From the NCBI GenBank assembly GCA_022447855.1, contig JAKUTX010000005.1, positions 4,467-68,466 of the forward strand: DNA of 64,000 bases, read 5' to 3'. Below the pieces are notes generated by a model. It saw only the letters and a program-made list of their open reading frames with translations, did not search any database and was not told the origin of the DNA. Origin of the DNA: SAR202 cluster bacterium. GTDB taxonomy: Bacteria; Chloroflexota; Dehalococcoidia; Lucifugimonadales; UBA6927. Every line of letters starts with the position of its first letter. Within the stretch, counting starts at the first letter, position 1. The position numbers were made by a program, and so were the translations under genes. Below are positions 38,031 to 47,750 of the stretch, piece after piece.

Positions 38031-38278
38031 CTGAATCTCCTAGTGTTTGGTAGTTCAAGTATATTTCAAATAAATGCTATTTGAAACTGATTTGGTTCAG
38101 AATATTTTTAAAAACAATCTCTGTTTGATATTAAATCCATTCTAAATGTGTGGACGCAATTTCCTTGCAAAAAACAGTCTCATATGAAATTTTGGCAAGT
38201 GTCCAATTTATTTTTATTATATGAAAAAATGCTATTGTTAAGTAGAAAATGTAGAATGCATTCAGCATAGGAGAAAAT

Positions 38279-39025
38279 ATGGAAATTCGTGAGAACATTA
38301 TCAAACGGAAATTATCATCAGGTGAAATTGCTACTGTCGTCAGTGGATTTAACTCTCCCGACATTATAGACTTTTTAGGACAGTTTGGATTTGATGGGGT
38401 TTGGATTGAAGCTGAACATGGTCCCATAGATTTTTCTGACATACCTAATCTTACTCGAGCTAGTGACTTATGGGGAATGTCCAGTATAGTTAGAGTCCGT
38501 GAGAACAACTACAGTCTAATTTATCGAACACTTGATTTGGGGGCGCAAGGTATCGTTGTTCCCCATGTAGATACTGCAAAAGATGCAAGGGATCTTGTAA
38601 GAGCCACAAAATTTTCTCCGATTGGTGCTAGAGGTATGTTTAGTGGTAGGCAATCTTGGGGAGTAGAAAATTACTTAGAAAATGCGAACTCGCAAGTTCT
38701 TTCAGTAGCATTAATTGAGGATATAGTTGCTATTAATAATTTGGACGAAATTTTGTTAGTAGATGATATTGATGTGTTTTTTGTAGCACCAAGTGATTTA
38801 GCGCAATCAATGGGTCATTTTGGGGATAATAATCATGAGGAAGTTAGGGCTACAATTGCTAATGCGATTGCAAAGATTAATGATCGAGGAAGATGTGCTG
38901 GTGCACTTGTGGCTGATTCGAATTTGGAAGAATACATTGATTGGGGCGCAAGGCTAATAATGGTTTCTTGGAACTCGTGGTTGTCAGAGGGGGCTAAGAA
39001 ATTTGTTGAACGTATTCCTAAATAA
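38279..39025 (+). CDS. HpcH/HpaI-family aldolase (2-keto-3-deoxy-acid aldolase)
   Basis: 248 aa. N-terminal block LGQFGFDGVWIEAEHGP and VRV/PHV blocks are typical of the HpcH/HpaI aldolase/citrate-lyase family. Confidence 0.8.
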   Translation: MEIRENIIKRKLSSGEIATVVSGFNSPDIIDFLGQFGFDGVWIEAEHGPIDFSDIPNLTRASDLWGMSSIVRVRENNYSLIYRTLDLGAQGIVVPHVDTAKDARDLVRATKFSPIGARGMFSGRQSWGVENYLENANSQVLSVALIEDIVAINNLDEILLVDDIDVFFVAPSDLAQSMGHFGDNNHEEVRATIANAIAKINDRGRCAGALVADSNLEEYIDWGARLIMVSWNSWLSEGAKKFVERIPK

Positions 39026-39070
39026 AAAGCTTGATAATTAGAATCACTTAATAGTGTCAAATTAAGGTTA

Positions 39071-40321
39071 ATGTATATGAGTAATTTGACAAAAATACTC
39101 CAAAAGAATTTTGATGTCAGTTATTATCAACACTTAATAGTGGCGGGCGAACTTGCCGATTGTATGAATTCTAAAGTGTATTTGGTTGGCGGTGCAGTCA
39201 GAGACGTATTGCTAGGAAAATCAGTTAATGATATTGATTTGGTGGTTGTTGGAGATTCAGAGGATTTTGCTAATCAATTGGCTAGTAGGCTGGGTGGAGA
39301 AATTACAGCTAGGTCTCAATTTTTAACAGCAAAGATTTCGTTTTCAGATTTTAGCATTGATGTGGCTTCTGCTAGGAGAGACTATTATTCCTATCCAGGA
39401 TCTTTACCGCAAGTAAATCTGGTTAAGACAATAGATCAAGACTTGGTAAGAAGAGATATTTCGATAAATGCTATGGCGATTAGTATTAATCGAAATACTT
39501 GGGGAGATTTAATCGATCCAATGAATGGTGAAGAAGATTTACATCAACGGAAAGTACGAATTTTGTATAAGCGTAGTTTTCGAGATGATCCTACTAGAAT
39601 GCTTCGAGTCGTTCTGTATTCCCAGCGTTTAGGATTTCCTGTAGATGAATCTTCTAAAGATCTTATTTCAAAAAACTTAAAGTATTTAAAGCGTATGGCA
39701 GGGTGGAGGATTTTTATAACATTTAAACATATTTTGAGAGAACCTAACCCTCATAAGATCTTGTATGAAGCGCATGCAACAGGCATTCTACAAGCAATGC
39801 ATTCTTCATTAGCATTGAAGGATTCAGATATTGAAAAGTTGAAACTTATTACAAAATTTGATGGTGAAAATTCTCATTTTGTAATGCTTTCTATTTTGGT
39901 TGAGTCATTGACAGAATCAGAAGCTAAAAAGTTGATACGGCGTTTAAAAATGACTGGAAGGTGGGTAAGAGTAATTAATGATACCCAGTCAGTAAAGAAA
40001 GTTTTGAAAGTTTTGGCAAAAGGGGAGATTCGAAATAGCAAGATATTTCATTTGTTGTCACATTTAGATGTTGCAACTCTTGAAGCAATGTGTTTGATTT
40101 CGAATTCAAACACATTGCGGTCTAACTTAAGGTTATTTCTAGATAATTTGAGATTTGTTACTCCACGATTAAAAGGTGATGATTTGATTCAATTGGGATT
40201 TACTGAAGGTCCCATTATTGGCAAAGTTCTTGAAAGATTAGCAAATCTTGTGATTGACGGATTGGTAAAAACTAAAGAAGATGAGATGAATGTTGCTAGA
40301 GAGATTTTAAAAGATATCTGA
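39071..40321 (+). CDS. CCA-adding enzyme / poly(A) polymerase-family tRNA nucleotidyltransferase
   Basis: 416 aa. Nucleotidyltransferase signature YLVGGAVRDVLLGKSVNDIDLVV (GGxVRD..DxD) and RRD block (SARRDYY). Confidence 0.75.
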   Translation: MYMSNLTKILQKNFDVSYYQHLIVAGELADCMNSKVYLVGGAVRDVLLGKSVNDIDLVVVGDSEDFANQLASRLGGEITARSQFLTAKISFSDFSIDVASARRDYYSYPGSLPQVNLVKTIDQDLVRRDISINAMAISINRNTWGDLIDPMNGEEDLHQRKVRILYKRSFRDDPTRMLRVVLYSQRLGFPVDESSKDLISKNLKYLKRMAGWRIFITFKHILREPNPHKILYEAHATGILQAMHSSLALKDSDIEKLKLITKFDGENSHFVMLSILVESLTESEAKKLIRRLKMTGRWVRVINDTQSVKKVLKVLAKGEIRNSKIFHLLSHLDVATLEAMCLISNSNTLRSNLRLFLDNLRFVTPRLKGDDLIQLGFTEGPIIGKVLERLANLVIDGLVKTKEDEMNVAREILKDI

Positions 40322-40367
40322 TGCAAATTTGTTAGATGTGAATTTTTGAATTAGTTTTAGGTGCAAA

Positions 40368-40967
40368 TTGAAATTTTCCAAAGATGATTCCAATCTCAAA
40401 TTTGTTCCATTATCGTTCCCATTAAAAAATAAGATTTTTATTTGTGGTGCGGGGGGTAAGTCTTCATTAGCTAGATCTATTCAGGAAAAACATGGAAATG
40501 TACACATTGAATTGGATGCTTGCAAATTTCTCCCAAATTGGAAAGAAAGAACTGTTGAAGAATTTCGAGATTTTACTGTAGAAAAGATAAAAGAATCCCA
40601 AGATCGGTGGGTCATTGAGGGGAATTATACCGAGAAATTAGGAAATTTTATTCTAAAAGATTCCAAATTGATTATATGGTTGGATCTTTCTTGGGAAGTA
40701 GTTTTTTGGAGGATTTTTCTTAGATCCATAAGACGTTGTTTTACAAAACAATCGGTTTGTGGAGGGAATCGTGAGACTTGGAGGCAATTCTTTAGTAGAG
40801 ATTCGATATGTTGGTACTATATTGTTAGACGTTTTAGAATTCTCCAAGGGCATAGGGAATTTCTGCAATTAGTTCCCCCTGAGATTCCAATCTTGAGGAT
40901 TTCTAATGCCAGGCAATTACGTTCTTTTTATAAGATCCATGAGTTAATTTTGATTAGAGAGAATTAA
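40368..40967 (+). CDS. P-loop kinase-like protein with degenerate Walker A (topology-modulation/adenylate-kinase-like)
   Basis: 199 aa. KIFICGAGGKSSLA sits where AAA/kinase-like proteins carry GxxGxGKS. The C-terminal half is Arg/Trp-rich. Weak call. Confidence 0.35.
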   Translation: MKFSKDDSNLKFVPLSFPLKNKIFICGAGGKSSLARSIQEKHGNVHIELDACKFLPNWKERTVEEFRDFTVEKIKESQDRWVIEGNYTEKLGNFILKDSKLIIWLDLSWEVVFWRIFLRSIRRCFTKQSVCGGNRETWRQFFSRDSICWYYIVRRFRILQGHREFLQLVPPEIPILRISNARQLRSFYKIHELILIREN

Positions 40968-42404
40968 CTATCCAACTGATATTCCATCACCATTTCCAGG
41001 CTCGGTCATGGAAAATGCATCTAAAATTTTATCTAGTTCATCTGAGGGTATATCTGTTCTAATTAAGGAAATATCTTTAATTGTTTTACCCGTTTCTTGT
41101 GCTTCTTTTGCAATTGAGGCCGCTTGATCATATCCAATGTAGGGAACAAGAGTTGTAACAATTGCGAGGCCTCTTTCGACCATGTCGGGTCCAGCATTAG
41201 TGGCTTTTAAGCCAGATATGCACTGCGAGGATAGATTTAACGAAGAAGTGGATAGCAATTCAATTGATTGGAGAAGATTGAATGCACAAATTGGCATCAT
41301 AACATTAATTTCGAAATTTCCTGATTGGCCACCAATTGATATAGTTGTATCATTCCCAATTACTTGAGCAGCTGCCATACAAACAGATTCAGGAATTACA
41401 GGGTTAACTTTGCCTGGCATTATTGAACTACCTGGTTGCACTTCTGGTAGAGATATCTCTCCAATTCCTGCTCTAGGTCCAGAGCCTAACCATCGGATAT
41501 CATTAGCAATTTTCATTAGGCTTACTGCAATTGTTTTTAAGACACCACTTGTTTCAACTATTGAGTCTAAACTGCTTTGAGCCTGAAAATGGTTTGAAGT
41601 TTCTGAGATATTTATATTTAGCTTTTCAGAAAGCATTTTGCAAACTTTCTCAGCGAATTCTGGGTGAGTATTTACTCCAGTACCTACTGCGGTTCCACCA
41701 AGAGCGACTTCTGACAATTCGGATTTTGCATGCTCAAGTCGTTCTATGCCTTTTTGTATTTGTCCAGCATACCCTGAAAATTCTTGTCCTAATCTAATTG
41801 GGGTTGCATCTTGTAGGTGGGTACGCCCAGTTTTAATTACATCAATGAATTCATTAGATTTTTCAGTTAGAGAGTTTTTCAAATTGATTAATGCTGGAAT
41901 TAAAGTATGAGTGATCTCTACGTTTGCAGCTACGTGAATTGATGTTGGGATAACATCATTTGATGATTGCCCCATGTTTACGTGATCATTAGGATGCACA
42001 GGGGTTCTTGATCCTAAATCGCCGCCTAAAATTTCAATTGCCCTGTTGGAGATTACTTCATTTGCATTCATATTTGTCGACGTTCCAGAACCTGTTTGGA
42101 AAATATCAACTAGAAATTGATCATGCAGTGACCCGTCAGTGATTTCTGTTGCTGCTTGGATTATTGATTTGGATAATTCATCTTCTAATAAGTTAAGTTC
42201 ATTATTCACTTGCGCTGCGCAAAGTTTTATATTAGCAATTGCTTTAATAAAGGCAGATTGAAAACGTAAATCGCTTATTGGGAAATTTAAAATTGCACGC
42301 ATAGTATTTGCTCCATAATATGCGTTTAAGGGAACTTCAAACTCTCCCATGGAATCTTTTTCAGTTCTAAAGTTGCTTGAATCGGTCATTGAAGATTTCT
42401 CCAT
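40968..42404 (-). CDS. aspA: class-II fumarase/aspartase family lyase, most like aspartate ammonia-lyase
   Basis: 478 aa. Family signature GSSIMPGKVNP. The N-terminal TEKDSMGEFEVPLNAYYGANTMRAILNF (AYYG) is more aspartase-like than fumarase-like. The subfamily call is inference. Confidence 0.8.
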   Translation of the reverse strand: MEKSSMTDSSNFRTEKDSMGEFEVPLNAYYGANTMRAILNFPISDLRFQSAFIKAIANIKLCAAQVNNELNLLEDELSKSIIQAATEITDGSLHDQFLVDIFQTGSGTSTNMNANEVISNRAIEILGGDLGSRTPVHPNDHVNMGQSSNDVIPTSIHVAANVEITHTLIPALINLKNSLTEKSNEFIDVIKTGRTHLQDATPIRLGQEFSGYAGQIQKGIERLEHAKSELSEVALGGTAVGTGVNTHPEFAEKVCKMLSEKLNINISETSNHFQAQSSLDSIVETSGVLKTIAVSLMKIANDIRWLGSGPRAGIGEISLPEVQPGSSIMPGKVNPVIPESVCMAAAQVIGNDTTISIGGQSGNFEINVMMPICAFNLLQSIELLSTSSLNLSSQCISGLKATNAGPDMVERGLAIVTTLVPYIGYDQAASIAKEAQETGKTIKDISLIRTDIPSDELDKILDAFSMTEPGNGDGISVG

Positions 42405-42429
42405 TGTAAAAATTTCGTAGAATTTTGGT

Positions 42430-43080
42430 TTATTTAAATACAGAACCTACAAGGTATTGGATTACTTGTTCCGCAACAACATTCCCTTCAGCTTCCATTG
42501 TATGACCAACGTTTGGGATTTCGGAAAATTTTACTGGCTGTTTGATTTTGTCTAATTCGCGTTGGATTTCAACCGATGGTGAGATTGTGTCATTTTGTCC
42601 GGCGATGAACAATTTTGGTCGTTTGTCTTTTTGGATTCGAGAATTTTTTAAAGATGATATGGGGGGGGCTATCAGAATGAAGCAACGAGCATGTTTGAAT
42701 TGTTTTATATTGTCTAAAATCACTCCAGCTCCGAATGAATATCCTACTAATACGATGTTGTTTTTATCAAATCCAGAACCCTTCCATGATCTAGTAAGAT
42801 TTATAGCAGCTTTAATATCCTCATTCGAATCTTTTCCGTTTTCAAAATCACCTTCACTACCTCCAATGCCTCTAAAATTAAATCGCAAAGAAGCAATTCC
42901 AGACTCACTTCCAAGCTTGCTAATAGAAGTGATCAATCCATTGTGCATACTGCCACCAAGAGAAGGATGAGGATGGCAAAGAATCATTCCAGGGCTGGAC
43001 CCTAGTGATTCTGTAGGCGAAGTAATTAGTCCTATGAGGGAATGTTTTTTAGAGTAAAAATCTATTGAAAGTTGGTGCAT
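42430..43080 (-). CDS. alpha/beta hydrolase (dienelactone-hydrolase-like)
   Basis: 216 aa. Nucleophile elbow VGYSFGAG and a C-terminal His (VGHTME). Confidence 0.6.
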   Translation of the reverse strand: MHQLSIDFYSKKHSLIGLITSPTESLGSSPGMILCHPHPSLGGSMHNGLITSISKLGSESGIASLRFNFRGIGGSEGDFENGKDSNEDIKAAINLTRSWKGSGFDKNNIVLVGYSFGAGVILDNIKQFKHARCFILIAPPISSLKNSRIQKDKRPKLFIAGQNDTISPSVEIQRELDKIKQPVKFSEIPNVGHTMEAEGNVVAEQVIQYLVGSVFK

Positions 43081-43186
43081 TCTATTCTCGCATTTTTCAT
43101 TTCATTGAATAAAAGTATACAACAATGAAGTTGTTTAAATGAAATGTTCGTGATGGTTCCAATAACTGATACAATAAGCGCTGATT

Positions 43187-44248
43187 ATGATTTCGAGGGA
43201 TGCAATGAAAATAATTGATTTAAGAAGTGATACGGTTACGCATCCTACTCCTGACATGAGAAAGGCTATGGCTGATGCAGAAGTTGGAGACGACGTATTC
43301 CGTGATGATCCAACTACTATTAGATTGGAGCAAAAGGCTGCTGAATTATTGGGTATGGAAGCTGCATTATTCGTTTCTAGTGGGACGCAAGGAAACCTTG
43401 TTGCATTATTATCGCATGTTCAGCGGGGGGGCGAAGTCCTTCTTGGAGACAAATCACATATATATTTAAATGAAGGCGGTGGTGCATCCGCTTTGGGAGG
43501 TATTGGTTATAATGTAGTCAATAACGACTCTCGTGGGATGATTTTCCCTGAACAAATTCTTGATGCGATAAAGTCAGTTGATGTACATCATTCAAGATCA
43601 TCGTTAGTTGCTTTGGAAAACACTCATAATGTTTGTGGTGGATTACCTTTGAGCGCTGCGGATATTGATTCAGTTGGTGAGGTGGCTCATAAAAATAATA
43701 TGCCTTTACATATTGATGGTGCAAGGATATTTAATGCGGCAACTGCACTTGAAACGTCTGTATCAGATTTGGTTTCTGCAGCTGATAGTGTCACATTTTG
43801 TTTGTCTAAAGGTTTAAGTTGTCCAATTGGATCAATACTTTGTGGCTCGAGAGATTTTATTGAAGAAGCGAGGCATTGGAGGAAAATGCTCGGTTCTGGG
43901 ATGAGACAAGTAGGAATTATTGCCGCTGCAGGTATAGTTGCCTTGGATACAATGATCGAAAGATTGTCAGAAGATCACGAAAATGCACGCAAATTGGCGC
44001 TAGGTCTTGCTAATATTCCTGGGATTTCTATTCAACCTGATTTAGTACAGACGAATTTAGTGTTCTTTGAAATTAAAGGTGTTGATCCTGTTCGATTGAA
44101 AGATAGGATCAATGAGAATGGGGTATTAGGGGGTAATATAATCCCGCGATGGAGATTTGCTACTCACTATGGGATTAATGGCGAAGATATTGAAAAGACA
44201 CTTGAAGTGATGCGCATAGCGATGAAAGTGGAGCAAGAAGCACTTTAG
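43187..44248 (+). CDS. ltaE: low-specificity L-threonine aldolase
   Basis: 353 aa. N-terminal IDLRSDTVTHPT..DDVF..DPT block, typical of the threonine aldolase/beta-eliminating lyase family. The likely true start is the internal MKIIDL (43205). Confidence 0.85.
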   Translation: MISRDAMKIIDLRSDTVTHPTPDMRKAMADAEVGDDVFRDDPTTIRLEQKAAELLGMEAALFVSSGTQGNLVALLSHVQRGGEVLLGDKSHIYLNEGGGASALGGIGYNVVNNDSRGMIFPEQILDAIKSVDVHHSRSSLVALENTHNVCGGLPLSAADIDSVGEVAHKNNMPLHIDGARIFNAATALETSVSDLVSAADSVTFCLSKGLSCPIGSILCGSRDFIEEARHWRKMLGSGMRQVGIIAAAGIVALDTMIERLSEDHENARKLALGLANIPGISIQPDLVQTNLVFFEIKGVDPVRLKDRINENGVLGGNIIPRWRFATHYGINGEDIEKTLEVMRIAMKVEQEAL

Positions 44249-45603
44249 CCTTTTTCCCGATTGATATTTTGGTCTTTCGAATCATCTTGATTCCAAAGAC
44301 TTTGCAATCTTTTTGTTATTTCTTTTTCGTATCCGTAGGATGTGGGTTTGTAAAATTGAGTTCCTTGAAGGTTTTTTGGAAGGTTTTGCATTGGATGGAA
44401 GGCATCATCATAGTTGTGAGAATACTTGTAATCTTTTCCATATCCTATATCTTTCATTAACCCTGTCACAGCGTTTCTTAAATGCATTGGTACAGGTTCG
44501 CCAGATGTATTGTGGGCAGAATCTAATGCATTGTTAATAGCTGAATATGCGCTGTTACTTTTTGGTGCGGCTGCTAAATAGATTGTTGCTTCAGCTAATG
44601 GGATTCTGCACTCAGGCATTCCTATGAAATGTACTGCTTGCTGAGCTGCCATGGCAATGGATAAAGCTTGTGGATCTGCGAGACCAATGTCTTCTGCTGC
44701 TAAAATGACAATTCTCCTTGCGATAAACATTAAATCTTCCCCTGCATCAAGCATCCTTGCAAGCCAATAAATTGCTGCATCAGGGTCAGATCCTCGCACA
44801 GATTTAATGAACGCTGAGATCGTGTTGTAGTGATGTTCTCCAGATTTATCGTATGCTGCGGATTTGTGCTGTATAACTTGGTTAATGGTTTCATCATCTA
44901 TGACACATTCCCCATTCTGGTTAGGCTCAGTTACTGAAACTGCAATTTCTAAAACATTTAGAGCTGTTCTAGCATCACCATTTGTGATTTCTATGATCTT
45001 CTCCATCGCTTCATTTGTTAGACTTGCGTTATGCGAGCCTAATCCCTTTTTTGGATCTTTTACTGCATGATTAATTATTTTCGCAATTGATTGATTAGTT
45101 AATGGATTAAGAATGTATATTTGAGTTCTAGATAACAAAGGTGGAACTATCTCAAAAGACGGATTTTCAGTAGTCGCTCCCACCAGAATGAAAGTCCCAT
45201 TTTCAACAAATGGAAGTGCGACATCTTGCTGCGATTTGTTGAGTCTATGGATTTCATCGACAAACAAAATTGTGCGTTTTTGGTACATACCTAACCTGTT
45301 TTTTGATTCAGAAGCGATGTTTCTGATTTCAGCAACACCACTGGTTACTGCGCTAATTCTTTCAAAATGACTCTTTGTGGTTTCAGCTATGATTTGTGCT
45401 AGTGTGGTTTTCCCAGACCCAGGGGGGCCCCATAGAATGAAACTTGGGATTGAATCAGCTTCTATACTTCTTCTTAGAATGGCGTTGTTTGATGTTAGAT
45501 GTTCCTGTCCAAAATATTCCTCAAAAGATCTTGGCCTCATTCTGTCAGCTAATGGTGAGGAATTATGTCTTTCTTTCTCACTGGAATGTTCAAATAGATT
45601 CAT
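44245..45603 (-). CDS. rarA: replication-associated recombination protein A (MgsA/RarA AAA+ ATPase)
   Basis: 452 aa. Walker A WGPPGSGKTTLA, Walker B LFVDEIHR, and a MgsA C-terminal domain (YDKSGEHHYN..SAFIKSVRGSDPDAA). Confidence 0.9.
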   Translation of the reverse strand: MNLFEHSSEKERHNSSPLADRMRPRSFEEYFGQEHLTSNNAILRRSIEADSIPSFILWGPPGSGKTTLAQIIAETTKSHFERISAVTSGVAEIRNIASESKNRLGMYQKRTILFVDEIHRLNKSQQDVALPFVENGTFILVGATTENPSFEIVPPLLSRTQIYILNPLTNQSIAKIINHAVKDPKKGLGSHNASLTNEAMEKIIEITNGDARTALNVLEIAVSVTEPNQNGECVIDDETINQVIQHKSAAYDKSGEHHYNTISAFIKSVRGSDPDAAIYWLARMLDAGEDLMFIARRIVILAAEDIGLADPQALSIAMAAQQAVHFIGMPECRIPLAEATIYLAAAPKSNSAYSAINNALDSAHNTSGEPVPMHLRNAVTGLMKDIGYGKDYKYSHNYDDAFHPMQNLPKNLQGTQFYKPTSYGYEKEITKRLQSLWNQDDSKDQNINREKG

Positions 45604-46999
45604 TGTTTTTTTGTGAAGCTTTTAAAGCGTATGAAATGGATTGTAAAAGAATTTCATCTTGATTGACGAAAACTGTACGTGGATCAAAAAGTATGTGTTC
45701 ATTTTCAATTTTACCGATTACGGGAGTGGGAGCATTTCGTAGATGTTGTGATAGTGAATTTGCTCCTCCATTAATCGATTTGCAATTGATTCGAAGAGAC
45801 TTTGACTGGATTGTTTCTCCTGGTAAACTTCCTCCTCCTATTGTAGAAAATGAATCTGTTACTGTGGCAATTTCTCCTATTTCTTTTGCCAGGTAATATG
45901 CTCTCTTTTCAATTTTTTCTAATGGCATTGAAATCATCTTCCAGATAGGAATTTTTTCTTCAACCTCTCCGTTAACATAGTGTAATAAAGTTGAATGAAG
46001 TGCTGCTAGGGTAATTTTGTCAACTCTTAGAGCCCTTGTGAGGGGATGTTTTTTAATCTTAGAAATGAAATTGTTGGTTCCTGATATAATTCCACATTGC
46101 GGTCCACCAAGTAATTTGTCACCAGAAAAGCAGGTGATTGGAATACCTGATTCAACAGAATCTTGGGGGGTGGGCTCTTTAGAGAGTCCGTATTTTGATG
46201 TGTCTAGAATACATCCGCTGCCCAAATCTTGAATTACAGGCAAATCATATTTCTCACCCAAAGTAGAAATCTCTTCTGGCGTAGGATTGGAAGTGAACCC
46301 TATAACTTTAAAATTGCTTAAATGGACAGTAAGAATTGCACCAGTATTCTCATTTATTGCCTCTTCATAATCCGAAATGTATGTCCGATTTGTAGTTCCT
46401 ACTTCAACTAATTTCGCCCCGCTTTGGTTAAGTACATCGGGGATCCTAAATCCTCCACCAATTTCTACTGATTCACTTCTAGAGATAATAACTTCTTTTC
46501 CGAAAGCAATGCTAGCTAGTGATAGCATTAAGGCACTGGCGTTGTTATTAACAACTAGAGATTGATCAGCACCAACAAGTAAATTGAATATTTCCGATAT
46601 TTTGTTATATCTATCACCTCTGGCACCAGTTTCGAGATCGATTTCTAAAGCATTATAATTTTGTAAAACACTTTTCACTGAAACCTGTGCTTCTTCACTC
46701 AAAGGAGACCTTCCAAGATTTGTATGGATTATTACTCCTGTACCATTGATTACTTCTGGAGGCCATGTATCCTTTCTAATACGATTTAACTCACTTAGTA
46801 ATCTTTTCTGAATTTTTTCATATGTTAGAGGTTCTTTACCTGAGGAGATTATCTTTCTGGCTGAATTGATAGTTTTTCTTGCGACCTCTAGAGTCACTTC
46901 TTTTGGTAATGTTTTTGTTTTTACTAATACTTGTGGGTCTGAAAGCAACCGTTCCACAGAAGGTAATTCCCTGTATGGGTTTGATAGGTCTTTGCTCAA
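45590..46999 (-). CDS. selA: L-seryl-tRNA(Sec) selenium transferase
   Basis: 469 aa. N-terminal LPSVERLL block and PLP-lysine block FSGDKLLGGPQCGII, near-identical to the E. coli SelA motif. Its 3' end overlaps the rarA start by 14 nt. Confidence 0.9.
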   Translation of the reverse strand: MSKDLSNPYRELPSVERLLSDPQVLVKTKTLPKEVTLEVARKTINSARKIISSGKEPLTYEKIQKRLLSELNRIRKDTWPPEVINGTGVIIHTNLGRSPLSEEAQVSVKSVLQNYNALEIDLETGARGDRYNKISEIFNLLVGADQSLVVNNNASALMLSLASIAFGKEVIISRSESVEIGGGFRIPDVLNQSGAKLVEVGTTNRTYISDYEEAINENTGAILTVHLSNFKVIGFTSNPTPEEISTLGEKYDLPVIQDLGSGCILDTSKYGLSKEPTPQDSVESGIPITCFSGDKLLGGPQCGIISGTNNFISKIKKHPLTRALRVDKITLAALHSTLLHYVNGEVEEKIPIWKMISMPLEKIEKRAYYLAKEIGEIATVTDSFSTIGGGSLPGETIQSKSLRINCKSINGGANSLSQHLRNAPTPVIGKIENEHILFDPRTVFVNQDEILLQSISYALKASQKNNESI

Positions 47000-47131
47000 A
47001 TTAACCTCCTAATTGTTGGATTATTTTACAATACCAAATGCTTAGAGTCTCCCATTGATTTTCTTTAATCAATTGTTGACCATATAGCAAGCCTAATATA
47101 GAATACATTCAATAGCCGGAGACGGGGTATT

Positions 47132-47746
47132 ATGCGAGTGATAGGAATTACCGGCGGTATCGGGGCCGGAAAAAGCACAGTTTCTGAAATATTGGCTTCT
47201 CTAGGTCTTGATGTAATCAATGTTGATGAATTAGGACATCAAGTCTATTTGCCTTCTACGAGTGGTTGGGATGAAGTTGTGAAAGAATTTGGTAAAGAAG
47301 TTCTAACAGAAGATGGAGAAATAAACAGATCGAAATTAAGGGCAAAAGTGTTTGATGACTCTAGGGCACTTGGTAGACTTAATCAAATTACTCATCCTAA
47401 GATTCGACAACTCTTGAGTCAATCTATTTTGGATAGAAAAAATGCTGGGAGCCGCATTATTGGATTTGAGGCAGCATTGTTGATTGAAGCGGATTGGAAA
47501 GAATTAGCAGATCAGATATGGGTTGTTACAGCGCCAAAATCAGTAATTATTGATCGCGTTGCACGTCGTTCTCCTGCACTTGATAATCAGACTATTCAGT
47601 CGATGATTGAATCCCAGATGTCTCAATCAGAACGAGAAAAATTTGCAGATATAATTATAGAAAACTCTGGTACAGTAAATGAATTAAAAAAAATAGTTCA
47701 AATGAATTATAATCATACGTTAGAAAATCTTTTTAGGGAGAAGTAA
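47132..47746 (+). CDS. coaE: dephospho-CoA kinase
   Basis: 204 aa. P-loop [13 protein letters not shown] at the N-terminus. Confidence 0.9.
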   Translation: MRVIGITGGIGAGKSTVSEILASLGLDVINVDELGHQVYLPSTSGWDEVVKEFGKEVLTEDGEINRSKLRAKVFDDSRALGRLNQITHPKIRQLLSQSILDRKNAGSRIIGFEAALLIEADWKELADQIWVVTAPKSVIIDRVARRSPALDNQTIQSMIESQMSQSEREKFADIIIENSGTVNELKKIVQMNYNHTLENLFREK

Positions 47747-47750
47747 GAGA

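Noticed and set aside
38131-38508. 125-aa minus-strand ORF spanning the selD/aldolase intergenic region
   Set aside because: It overlaps the well-supported HpcH/HpaI aldolase gene on the opposite strand and has low-complexity, motif-free sequence. It is a shadow ORF.
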